Below are positions 24,077 to 37,065 of a stretch of 64,000 nucleotides of DNA, one piece after another; position 1 is the first letter of the stretch, and each line of letters starts with the position of its first letter. The notes beneath the pieces were generated by a model that saw only the letters and a list, made by a program, of their open reading frames with translations, had not been told where the DNA came from and did not search any database. The stretch is from Paragordius varius (taxonomy: Eukaryota > Animalia > Nematomorpha): assembly GCA_964247055.1 (NCBI GenBank), contig OZ176054.1, forward strand, positions 2,666,001-2,730,000, read 5' to 3'. The position numbers were made by a program, and so were the translations under genes.

Positions 24077-25218
24077 CACACAGTGTGCAAATAATTTTTA
24101 ACAAAAATTTTATTTCCAGATATATTTTATAACCAACAAATTTATTTGCCGCTAAAATTTTTATTTGTTGACGACCTAGTTTTTAAAATATTGAGGTAAA
24201 ATAGCTATTGGGTAAAGTGAAAATGAAGGATAATTAAGGATATTTAAAAAAATAATGAAAACTCGAGATATTAAAACATTGTCATTTTATCAGATGTTTC
24301 CAATTTATAAATAGCCTAAAATCATGTAGTTAGCGTTATTATTAATAATCAGATCAAAAAATCGTATTTATCCTTTTACATACTTAGTACACAAGATATT
24401 TTTGAAACTATATAAAAATAAATTTTTTTTCTTTATCAAATATCCAATCACTATTGAATCTTAACATTCATATTTTATACAGTAAGAATATCTTATATAT
24501 AAAAATATTGTTTTTTATTATTTCAGTTTTTTGCTATCTGGTTTATATGTGTATGAAAAATTTACTCTTTTGTTTTGGAATCCTACATGATTTGGAACAA
24601 CAAAGTATATAAATTTATACAAAATAAGATTTACGTTTAGTGGAATATAATCCAAAATCCGTAACCATTCAAAATATTATCAAACAAGGTAACTGGAATT
24701 CGTACAAATTATTGGATGATATTCCACTACTTAATCGTATTTTGTATTAACTTATATACTTTGTAATTCCCAATCATGTATTATTCAAAAATAAAACAGT
24801 AAATTTTTCATACACTTTCAAACCAGATGACGTAAAAATCAAAATTAATAACAATATTTTATTAATTTTATTTTGATATTACTGTAGAAAATATGAATTT
24901 TAAAAATTTATTATTATAATATATAAAAAATTTTTGTTTATTAATTTTATTAATGGAAAAGCATTTGATCTGAGTTTAAACAATTAACTGTATGATTTTT
25001 GAATATTTAAAAATTATAAATATATCTGATAAAATGATAATAAATTTTAATGTTTAATCATTAATTTTTAAATATCCTATATTTTTTTGACCCAATTTCG
25101 ATATTCTCTCAATATTCAAAAACTAGGTCAACAAATTTATCATAAAATTAAATTGCTGGTTATAATCTATCTCTAAAAAAATTTTTGTTAAAAAATGACC
25201 CTCTTTTTTGCACACGTG
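24077..25218. mobile_element. ~1.14-kb TA-flanked long-TIR MITE copy 1 (Tc1/mariner-like target)
   Basis: Ends ...GTGTGCAAA / TTTGCACAC...; long internal inverted arms (e.g. 24536-24566 vs 24799-24828); removal rejoins arm W at GCTT-TA-TATATAG. Confidence 0.7.
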
Positions 25219-27885
25219 CTATATATAGTTTATAATATATTTTAGTGGTATTTTTTAAAATAAAACCCTTAGCTTTACCCAAAAATAATAAAATGGGCGC
25301 AAATTTGCCAATTTCGTATGGTGCAGTTACACATAAAAGTGTAAACAACTTTCAATCCTAAGGGTCAAAACAAAAGCCCTTGATAATTTTAATACATTTC
25401 TATTAATTTCATCAGGATATTTTTTATGGAGACAGTGTTCAAAGGTAAATCAGCAGGGTAAGGGCTGCAAATGTATTGAATATCATTAGGCATCAAGATA
25501 CCGATAGTCTTGGGCGCCACATTATTTAGTATAAGGAGCAAATCTGAATGGTAAATTTATACTAAATTTGTTAACTGTTTTCATTCCTTTCAGAGCTGTT
25601 TTACAAAATAATATAGATAAGCGCTCACCAAATTATGTTAACTAAAATATTTTGTATCTTAAGGGCATACCTGATAATGTCAAAGTTGCATAGCTCTTTG
25701 TTCACGTAGTACATGAAGATTTTTTGAGTGTCGCATCTCTTTCGCCATTCAGTCAATAACATAATCATTTTGATTATAAAATTTTTTATCAATCACATAA
25801 CAGAACATTCTCTAATAAACCTTTACAAATACATTTCACTATATGAGCCAATCTTAATCGTCGTCAAGATGGGTATCAAGCAATCTTTAAATAAAATTTG
25901 CCTATGAATATGCTGACTCGCAAGTGTAAGTCTAGAGTAATCATTTATAATTTTCCACTTAAAACGACTCATGAAGAAAATATGGAAGTTACTTATGGAA
26001 TAAAACATAATTCAGTATTTAAAAAATAACGTTGGAAAATGGCATATGACTTGTGCATTGGCTTTGATCATACGTATCTTTTAAAAATTCATCAATTTCA
26101 AAATGATTTCAATTGAGAAGCTACATTAAAAGAGGTGAAACAAGATAAAATATGAAAATGTAAAATAATGTGCTTAAGCTATATTTACATTTTTCACTCA
26201 TATTACACATAAGAATAGGCATTAATAATTGAAATTGCATTTTGGGATCGCAAACCTATATAGACAAATATTAAAATTGGTCTGTCCTGATTTTAAACCG
26301 TTTTAGTTTAATCAAAACAGTTAGTATTGAAATATATCCAATTATGTGATTGATATTATCAAAATATTTATATTGAAATTGGCACAAGAAACATTTTAGC
26401 TGTTAATTAGATGCGAGACTCAACAAATCGTAAGATAATGATGTGAATATTTGCACTGTTGACAAAGAACTTTACAATTTTTAGATTTTGCACAGCCCTT
26501 AAGACAAAATAATATTATATTTAGCCCGTCAATAATTTGATGAATACAATATTTTGTAAAGCGTCAAAAAAGGGATCTATACAGTTAACGTGTTTAGCAT
26601 AAATCAACCATTCAAGATTGCTCCTTACAGCAAGAATTGTGGCGCCAAGAGTATCGGTATCAATCGAGTATTCTTCCAGTTAATACTGATAGTCAATATA
26701 ATTACAACCCTTACCCTACTGATTTTAACTTTAAAACACAGTGTCCACAAAAAATATCCTAATGAAATAATATATATATATATATATATAATCAGGAAAA
26801 TGTATCAGTATTAACATAGGCTTTTGCGTTCCCTACAAGTAATTTACAAAAGTTATTTAGACTTTTGAACCGCTCATCTGGAAATGGCAAAATTTGCACA
26901 ATTTGGTCAAACATTTTTTTGAAAGTTAGAGGCTTAATTTAAAATATGATTAAAATTATAAATTGCATATAAAAGCAAAACAATATTTTATAAAATTTTA
27001 ATTATTAGTAGATTCCGACCGAAATTTTTTCACCCTTTCTAAAATAGTATACTCTTATAAACGCAAAAATGCTAAGATTGGCAATAAATATCGTAAATAT
27101 ACACTAAATTTTGACATAAATTAAAGATTTTTCCTGAAAAATGGATATTTTAGATTTAAATTTATAACAAAATTTTGTTGAAGCGAAGTTAATACTATTC
27201 TGAGGAATTATGAAAACGGTACAAAAACGCCATATGTTAAAACATAATCCTATTTTCAATGCTGAACATTATTATCACCTCAGAATTTTGATTAAAACAT
27301 TCGTCCGTCTTTAAATGTAAGAATATAAATTGTAATATTCTACAAAGTGACAAAATTTAAACAGGATTTAAATAATTAAAATGGTGTGATTTTATTGTTC
27401 ATCATCATCAACATAAAAAAGTGTTTTTTAATATCTCAAAGCGTTTGCCCTTTCCATGAAAAAAATAGTATGAAATACGATTAACTATAAATTAGATTTT
27501 TAAGCAAAATATTCATTTTTACTAAAACAAACTTTTTTTGTTGTCAAAAATTTAGCATTTACTTAAAAGTTTTATTGAGCTTCGGCATTTATACGTTTTA
27601 TAATAACTGTTTTAAAAGGGGAATAATATATGGGATTTCAGAACCTACATTTAAAACAAAAATTCTATAAAAATATTGTATTGCTTATGCAGTTTATTAT
27701 ATAATTTAGTGATACTTTGAATGAAGCATTCAGCTTTCACAAAATTTATTTAACAAAATAGGAGCAAATTTTGTCATTTTCTATTATAGAGTTGTTATCA
27801 AAAGAATAAATAACTTTCACTGGTAAGGGCCAAAACTAAAAGCACTATAAAAATTATGATACATTTTCCTATCAGAATATATATA

Positions 27886-29032
27886 CTGTGTGCAAAATTT
27901 TTTTTAACATTTTTGTTAAAGACCAGTGAAGTCATTTGCCGTAATAATTTTTATTTGTTTGGGACCTAGTTTTAGAAATATTGAGGAAAATCGAAATCAG
28001 GCAAAAAGTGAAAATTAAGGATAATAAGGATAATTCAAAAAATAATAATAAAAGTTACGATATTATGGTTTATTATCATTTTAGAAGGTATTTTAATATA
28101 TAAATAGCCTAAAATCATATTTCAAAAATGGCGTTTTTCTTTTAACACAGACATATTTTATCAAACTATATTAAAATAATTATTATTTACTACCTAAACT
28201 CATTGTTAAAATCTTAATATTCATATTTTATTTTGTAAAAAAAAACTTATATATCATAAAAATAAAAATATTGTTTTTTATTTTTACATTTTTTTGTCAT
28301 CTGGTTTATGACGGTGAATTTCACATGAGCGGGATTTATAAATTATAAAATAATTTACAATTCATGGAAAATCAAAACCAAAATCCGTACACAACTCAGT
28401 AAAAATATTAATTTGTGTTAAAACAAACTTATTACAAGGATTTGTAACGATTGCTGGTTGATATTCTACTACTTTTAAATTTTCTATTGAATAAATTATA
28501 TACTTATGAGATTCCAATATAAACAGTATTAAATTTTTTGTACACTCATAAACCAAATGACAAAAAAATACAAAATTAAAAAACAATATTTTTTAGTTTT
28601 ATTTTGATATAGAAACATTTTTACGTAATAAAATATGAATGTAAAGATTTTAATAGTGAACTAATTAGTAAATAATCAAAAAAATATTTTAATATAGTTT
28701 CATAAAAATATTTGTCTATTACATGTGTTAAAAAACGCCATCTTTTAAACTAAGATTTTGTACAAACACTAACAATGTTATAGGCTATTTATATATTAAA
28801 AATATTGTCTTAAATGATAATAAACCATAATATCTCAACTTTTATCATTATTTTTTGAATTATCCTTATTTATTCTAAATTTTCACTTTTTGCCCGATTT
28901 CGATTTTCTCTTAATATGAAAACTAGGTCGTCAATAAATAAAATTTTTTGCGGCAAATAAATTTGCGTGTCATAAGCTATCTCAGGAAAAAAAACTTTTG
29001 TTAAAAAATTAACCCTCTTTTTTGCACAAGTG
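27886..29032. mobile_element. ~1.15-kb TA-flanked long-TIR MITE copy 2
   Basis: TA|CTGTGTGCAAAA...TTTTGCACAAGTG|TA; homologous to 24077-25218 but at a different position in arm W. Confidence 0.72.
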
Positions 29033-31702
29033 TATATGTATATATATTTCATCAAGATATTTTTTACTCCGATTTTGGATGCAATGCAAGATACACTATA
29101 AATTACAGCATTAATTAGCTATTCAACTTTGCTCCTTAAATTACTCGGTCTAAGGAGCATTTAAATGTTTAAACCTCTTGTTTTACGACATAATTTGGGT
29201 GGTGCTCAACATAATATAAGCTAACTAAAATATTTTTTGTCTCAAGGGGCGCGTGCATCATATAATTCCTTAATTTGCATCTTTCAAACATGCAGAAATT
29301 CATTCACTAAATCACTACATCGAGGTTTTTTGAGAATCACATATAATACAGATGTCTCTTCTGCATTCAGTTTAATTTGCAAAAATATATTATTATAATA
29401 TTTACATTATCAATCACACAACTTGACGTATTCAAATAACTATTAATATTAAATCGACCTGGTTTAATTTTAATACGTTGTCTAGATGGGTTATCAAGGG
29501 ATAATGCATCGTTTATAAATATGCCGACTTGCATGTTGTAAGTTGAAGAAAAGAGTGATTAATAAATTCTCCACTTAAATCAATTCATGAAGAAAATATC
29601 ATAATTACCGATGGTGAACCATTATTAGGTGATGTATTGAAATGAAAATTTGAATTCAGGATTCAGTTAATATAAAGATTGTCTTACTTTCGAAATTCAT
29701 AATATATAGACCAAATATTAGGCAACTTGTGCCATTGAGTTTTTATCATCCGTAGCTTGGTGATCATTGATTTTAAAAACGATTCATTTTAGAAGCTTTA
29801 TATAAATTGGAAATAAGAATGGGATTTGAGTTTGGCAAGAAGTTATTCTTATTGTTTTCCCTCTTACACATGCAAGTCGGCATATTTATAAACAAATTTC
29901 CATTTAGAGATCTTTTAATAGCCCATATACACAACGTATTAGGACTAACCTAGGATTATGTTAAACCATGTTATGTGGGAGCTATTAATTTTATAATAAA
30001 AATTTTTATATTTATCATAAATGACACACGACACATTTTAGGTGTTAATTTATGCAACCCTCAAACTATTTCGGTGTACTGATTTAATTACATTTTCCTA
30101 GTAGAATATATAATACATCAGGATATTTTGTGGAGGCATTCAAAGGTATAGAAATCAGTAAAACAAGGGCTGTAAATGTATTGAATCTCATTAAGTATCA
30201 ATTTGATTAAATACGTTTCGATACCCCTCATGAGCACCACAATTTCGCGCTATAAGTAGCAAGTTCGAATGGATTAAGGCAGAATATGTTAACTGGTTAA
30301 ACCCCTATTAATGCTATTTTACAACATAACTAAGACCAGTGGCGGTCACCAAATTATAAATATTTTTTATCTAAAGGCGTGCCAGATAATCTCAAATTGC
30401 TAGTTAATATGAGAAACGTAATACACCGAGATTTATTGAGTGGTCGCATATAATGGGAAGGTAAAATGTCTCTTTCGCCATTGAGATTAATAAATATAAA
30501 TATTATTATATAATTAATTGTCAATTAACTCAACATAGTTTAATATTAACCACTAAAACTGACATGATTTAACATCATGAGAGGCCAACCTTAATATATC
30601 GTCTATATACGGCATCATGCGCTCTCTAAGTAGGAATTCATTTATGAATTTGCTGATTCACATGTGTAAGTTGAGTAAAACAGTAAGAATAACTTTATTC
30701 ATAAATTTTTCAGTTAAAACGACTTATGAAGAAAATATGATAATTTAATGGAATAAAATTTAAAATTCAGTTTTTGTATAGCGTTGAAAAATCATCGTAT
30801 ATGGACATACCAAATATAATCAATTTGTGCAATTCGGTTTTGATCATACGTATCTATCTGGTTAATTCATCTATTTCAAAAATGGTTTCAATTTAGAACT
30901 TATACAAAGATGAAAGATATCTGGCAGGATGTCCAAATAAATATGTAAATATAAATCCATAAGCTCAATTCTGTTGTTTTCTCGCAACATACATATTTGA
31001 GTCGGAATATTCATAAATGAAATTCCATTTATAGATCGTCATCCCATTTAGAATATTAAAATTGGTATATCATGATGTTAAACCATGTTATTTTATTATA
31101 AATAGTTAGTATTAAAATATACCCAATTAAGTCATAGATATGATTAAATTTATAATTATCAAAATAAATGGCACAAGTGACAATTTTAACCGCCAATTAT
31201 ATGGTAGACCCAAAAATATACTGATTTAGTGATTAAGTGCACTGTAAAGAATGCAAATTTCGGAATTATGTGGTACATATATCTTAAGGCAAAAAATATT
31301 TTAGTTAGCCCATCGGAATAATTTGATAAGCACCCCTCATCTAAATTATTTTGTAAAACAGCATCAAAAAAGGGATCGAAACAGTCATCATGTTTCGCAT
31401 TAATTTACCATTCAAGATTGCTCCTTATACAGAGCAATTGTGGTGTTCAGGAGTATCGGATTGAGTTTTCTTCAAATTGATAATAATAAATGATATTCAA
31501 TACAATTACAGTCCTTACCCCAGTGGCGTACCGAGCATTTGCGGCGCCCGGGGCATAAAACTTTTATGGCGCCCCCCCCCTCCCTTTTTTTTAAAAGCCA
31601 ATAATACAATTTAGTAAAAAAAATACAAACGTTGTAACTTAAACACCAAAGATAAGACAGCACAGTCATATAAATTTTAAATTTATATATATATATCTAT
31701 AT

Positions 31703-33318
31703 CAGGGCTTCTTAAACTATGAGTCGCGACCCCATTTGGGGTCGCGAGTGATAAAATTAAACAAAAAATGTTTTTTAACTTGTAAAATGTATATGTTTAT
31801 AAAATGGAAAATGCGGCTTTGTATGTTTCCGGAAAACCGGTTGACCCATTCACATCCAAATGTCGAAAAAATAGAATCATTAATAAATGCCCCGACAATA
31901 GCTTCGTCTTTTTTTGAATTAAGCCCCCAGTTCGGGCCCACCCCGTGTAAAAAATGGGTTTTTTTGAAAAATCGTGTCTTTGAGACAATTTTCCTGACAA
32001 CGTGTTGGACCATTCAATTTCACATATATTTTTTTACTTATTTCAATTGCGCCGAACGCTCGCTTTTTTTATTTCGGCCCCCTTTTTACCCGTTCCCCCC
32101 GTAAAATGCCATTTTTTTCAAAAAATTGTCCACAAAAATAATTTTTTGAATCTATTTTTCGCCCATGGTACGAGACTCTAAAAATTCAATAAAGATCTAA
32201 AAAATCAATAATGATTCCAGGTATTCTCCGTAAAAACGCAAAAATTTTAATCAATCGTTTTATTTGTATCAGCTGTTGGGTAAGTAGCTACTCGCCTAGC
32301 GCCACCATATCGAAATTGCGTTGTTTAGGAGTTAATTTTCAAAAACTTATCAGGCCATATAAGTTTAATATAGGCCTGAAATATTACCCGTAAAAGTTAA
32401 AAATTTAAGTCCAGCGGTTTTTTCAAATTAGCCGTTAATTAGGCCCTTTACGCCCAAAAATGCGCTATCATTTAACTATTATTTAGTTTTGAAGCCATTC
32501 CAAAAACTATTAATAACATAAGGAATGAATGATGATTCCAGTTATTACCCTATAAAGGCAATTTTTTTACGAATGTCTTTTTTATATTGGCTTCTGGTTA
32601 GAAAGCTACTCGCCAACAACTGCTCCACCGTATCGATACAGCGTGACTTTGGAGCCAAATTGAAAACCTATGAGTCTAATAGGAACAATGAATTCCATGA
32701 TAATTCCAGATAATCCCCATATGAGGGCAAAAATTTTAACCAGCGCTTTTTTATACCTGCCCTGGGTTAGGAGTACCCGCCAAAAACTGGTCTACTATAT
32801 AGAAATTGCTTTGTTTTGGAGCTAATTTACAGAAAATTATGAAGCCATATGAGCTCTTGAAACCTGGAAATATTATCCGTAACTAGTTAAAAAAAATCCG
32901 GAGTTTTTTATAGCCGTTAATTTGCGGCCTTTATGCCCTAAAAATACGCCATCTTATAACAATAATTTAGTGTTGAGGTATTTTTTCGAAACCCCATAAA
33001 TGGTATCAAAGATGATTCCAAATATTTGTCATTAAGAAGCCATACGAGTTCAGTTAAACACATTTCTGAGGAATTTGTATAATATTATTCTTTCCTTTAA
33101 AAAGGCCACCGATCATTATATCTTGTATAAATTTACTATGAATCAGAAGATGTTAAAAAATTATAAAAAATGTAGATTTATTTTTTTAATCTCTTAAAAC
33201 CGAAATAATCTTGATAAATATTATCAACAACATTTATAAGCGTTTTTCGAATCGTTGGGGTCGTTGAGACTCGCTATCATAAATGGGGTCGGGAATTTCT
33301 AAAGTTTTAGAAGCCCTG
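31703..33318. mobile_element. hAT (Charlie-like) MITE nested in 31521-34392
   Basis: TIR CAGGGCTTCTTAAACT / rc CAGGGCTTCTAAAACT; TSD ATCTATAT / ATGTATAT (7/8). Confidence 0.85.
31788..33051 (+). mobile_element. 3'-truncated Helitron nested in the hAT MITE
   Basis: Degenerate 5' end TGTATATGTTTATAAAATGGAAAATG; body matches the 10899 copy, then ~3-4 partial internal units matching 322-2473 in reverse; no hairpin or CTAG. Confidence 0.75.
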
Positions 33319-33387
33319 ATGTATATGATAGTAAATTTATTCATTTTTAAATGCATAAATATTCTAATAAATTCTATAATATGGAAA

Positions 33388-33953
33388 TCTATATATTAAT
33401 AAAAATGGAAAGTGGTAACTTTGTGATCTGTTTCCGAAAAACATGTAGACCCATTCAAATCCAAACATCGAAAATATATAATCATTAATAAATGCCCCGA
33501 CAATAGCTTCGCCCTTTTTTGAAATAGGCCCCCAGTTCGGGCACACCTGGTGCAAACGGTTTTTTTTAAACAGAAGTCCACAAAAATCGTGTCTTTGAGA
33601 CAATCTTCCGGAGAACGTGGTCCATATTTCAAATGTGATTTTTGTTTACTCATTTTCGATTGCGCCGAACATGGTCGTTTCGCTTTTTTAATTTAGGCCC
33701 TACGCTCTCCTTATAAATTGCCATTTTTTTAAAAAAAAAAAGTCCACAAAAATAATTTTTTAAATATATTTTTCGCCCTAGGTATGAGACCGTTTGGCCC
33801 AAGTAAACAATATATTCGTATGAATGCACCGTTTTAAAATTTTATGAGATCATAGCTATTAAGTATTGTTTCGAAATACTTTTTTCAAATAGCGCCCACC
33901 CCCCCTCCCACCCGGAAATCCGAAGGACTTCCTCGGGCTGCTTAGCAGCCCGA
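33388..33953 (+). mobile_element. Helitron copy lacking terminal CTAG
   Basis: A|TCTATATATTAATAAAAATGG at 33388; hairpin TCGGGCTGC-TTA-GCAGCCCGA at ~33933-33953. Confidence 0.75.
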
Positions 33954-35932
33954 TAATGATTTAAAAAATAATTGTAAATCTAGGAGAATTTTACAATACA
34001 TAAACAGAATTATAATGAATTTTATTTAATAAAATATTAATTATATGAAGATTTTATCACTTGAAAAAGAAAAAGTAAGAGAAAAAATATCTTTTAAGTA
34101 AAAAATTTTCTGGCTTTTGATATTTCAAAATTATCAATTATATTATTAAATATCATATTTTTCTTTTTCCACTCTCAACAATGTTAAGTCATTCTATTTT
34201 ATGGTACTAATTAGGTGAATAATATAGAGTATATATTTTAGGGATTATTACCTAATTGCTGAAAAATCTCATTTAAAAGTTCTTATTATTTTTGCATAAT
34301 TAAAATTTAATTTTAAAAAATCATTTAGGCGCCCCTAAATAACGGCGCCCAGGGCATGATGCACCCCCTTCCCCCCCCTCGGTACGCCCCTGCCTTACCC
34401 TACTGATTTAAAGATAACACAGTGTCCACAAAAAATATCCCGATAAAATATATATCCTGATAAAAATGTATCAGGATTATCATAAGCCTTTGGCTTAAAC
34501 CCCTACAAGTGTTAGAAAATTATTTAGATTTTTGCGGTCACTGGTCCATATCAGAAAATGGCATAACTGAGCAATTTGGATAAATATTTGTATTTGAAAG
34601 CTAAAGGTTTTATTCGTAAAAATATCATCAAAATATTTAATTAACTCTAGATAAAAAGCATAACATTTAAAAATTTGCATTATTAGATCTAGACTCCAAA
34701 AGTTCGAAATTTTTTAGCCTTAAAAATGGCATAATTCTCTTGAAATTAACGCTAAAATGCAGAGATTCGCAATAAAAATAGTAAATATATGCTAAATTTT
34801 GACATCAATCAAAAAAGATTTTTTCGGAAAAATGGAATTTTGCATTAAATTTTTTTTGTAAAAAATACAAAGTTAATTCTATTTTGAGGCCTGATGAACG
34901 GTACAAAACACCATATGATATTATAAAAACATTTTTCAAGATATTTCAATGATGCTAAACATTTTTATCACCTTAGGATTGTGATCAAAACACTCGTTGG
35001 TAATTAAAGAATATAAAATGATTAAATAAAAATTTAAGAGCAAACAAACCTTTAAATTATTCTAGGGGAATATTAAAGTTCATCATCATCGATATAGAAA
35101 AGGTGTTTTTTTAACGCGTTTGATACTGTTTCCAAGAAGTTTTAAAATATTATGAAATACGATTTATCAAAATCTTACTATAAATTTGATTTTTAAGCAA
35201 AAAAATTATTTTCAAAAAACACTTTGATGTCAAAATTTAGCTATTAGATAAATTTTTTATTGAGCAATTCCGGCATTATATGTTTATTTTAAAATTTGGA
35301 GCTTATTTTAAAACGTGATAGAAAAAATTCTATGAAAATATTGTTTTGCTTATACATTTTATTTATATAATTTGGTGATTTTTGTGGAAATTTAGCTTTC
35401 ACCAAAGTTTGTTAAACAAAATATACGGAAACGCTATTTTCTAATATAGAGGAGTTCCAAAAATTATTAACTTTCTCATTCGTAAGAGCCAAAACCAAAT
35501 GGACCATAAAAATTATGATGATTGCAAGATACGCTATCACATTCCACCATTAATTAGCCATTCAACTTTGCTCCTTAAATTTCTCGGTATAAGGAGAAAT
35601 TAATGGTTGATTAATGCTGATTATTTTAACTGTTTTAACACCTTGTTATACGACATTTAGATCAATAATGCCCACCAAATTATTTTGTTGGACTAAATAA
35701 AATATTTTTTGGCTTAAGGGCCGAGTAAATTACATAATTTTAAAATTGCATATCTCTTTGTCAAGTAGCCGACATTTATACACTAAATCACTATACCGAA
35801 ATTTTTAGAGGGTCGCATATAATACGCATCTAAAGTATCTATCTGGTAATTGGACATATTTTAATATTAACTCTTAATGTTACCAACCATTTTCAACATC
35901 ATGACAGGCCAATCTTTCTAGCGGTGTATTTA

Positions 35933-36511
35933 CACTTGGATACAACACATCCATTTTAGTCCTTCGATTCAAATTGGGGTAGTTGGATACCCCAGGCCTG
36001 TTTAAAAAAAAATTATTTAAAAAATATGGAATGAATTGAAACCATGGCAAAAATTTGCACATTTATGACATCAATGAACCGAAATATAAAAAAAATTTCA
36101 TTCAAAAATACTTGATATTACTTATTTTTGGGTAAAACCTTAACGTAAAAATTTAGTCAACATGACATGTGTGCTTTAGCCAAATTTAAAAATAGTACAA
36201 AATAAACCAGTTTTTCTTTTTCTATCAATCTTAGATGTGATTTAAATGAAAAATTTGCTTTCATTTTAGCTTTAAAATCAAATAAACACGATATTTTGCA
36301 AAAATGTTATAGAATAAAAATGGCGTCGAAGTAGTTTGATATGGAACTTTTTTTTCAAAACCAAATTTTATTTAGATATTTCGGCTTATTTATATAGTTT
36401 TTATTAGGATAGAGGCATAAATTTAAATTGGGACCGTTTCTTTCAGTAGTTTTTTAAAAATTTTAATTTAAATATTGTCTGGGGTATTTAGATACCCCAA
36501 TTTTCGAAGTG
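35933..36511. mobile_element. piggyBac-like MITE copy 2 (in array arm W)
   Basis: TTTA|CACTTGGATAC...TTCGAAGTG|TTAA; 579 bp. Confidence 0.8.
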
Positions 36512-37065
36512 TTAATGGAAATTTGTTTATGAATATGCTGAATCACATGCATAAGATGGAAAACATTAATAATAACATTACTCATAAATTCCACTCAAAA
36601 CGCCTCCTGGAAAAATGTGGAAATTACTAACGAAATGTACACAATTAATTTTTATCTAATAAATGAAACTTTAAATTCAGGATTTATGAAATAAAGTTGA
36701 AAATTCATGGCATATGCACACACTTAATATTAAGCAACTTGTGCAATTCAATTTTGACCATGTGTACCTTGATAAAAAATTCATCGTTTTCAAAAAATAT
36801 TTCAGAAGCTTACATATAAATATACAGCAAAGAAGTATGGTTTTTTGAGATTTAGAAAAATGTGCCCATATATGCAAATAAAAATGTGTTCAAGTTATGC
36901 TGCTTTCTCTCAACTTACACATTCGAGTCGGCATATTGATAAACTATTCCCATTTAGACGTTTGATACTCTATATCTGCTCACCAAAAAAATTTGACGGG
37001 CCAAATAAAATATATTTTTTTTTCGAGATCTATGAAGCTTATAATGGCAAATATTCCATAGCTAT

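Larger units (their letters stand above)
31521..34392. mobile_element. hAT (Tip100-like terminus) element carrying nested insertions
   Basis: TIR CAGTGGCGTACCGAG / rc CAGGGGCGTACCGAG; perfect 8-bp TSD CCTTACCC (31513-31520, 34393-34400); single CCTTACCC at the homologous empty site 26709-26716. Confidence 0.9.
18620..36990. repeat. ~18-kb array of a ~2.5-kb double-palindrome monomer (C1-W-C2-W') with nested MITEs
   Basis: C1 spacers begin at ~19070, ~23040, ~27210, ~34890; C2 spacers (ACTCATGAAGAAAATATGGAA...TTGAAAATTCATGG) centred near 20370, 21930, 26050, 29700, 30830, 36740, all in the same orientation; the ~0.9-1.05-kb arms between are inverted copies of one sequence. Confidence 0.8.

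Noticed and set aside
18620-36990. CRISPR array or prokaryotic system
   Set aside because: Window is intron-containing animal DNA; repeats are long and inverted, with no short repeat-spacer pattern or cas genes.
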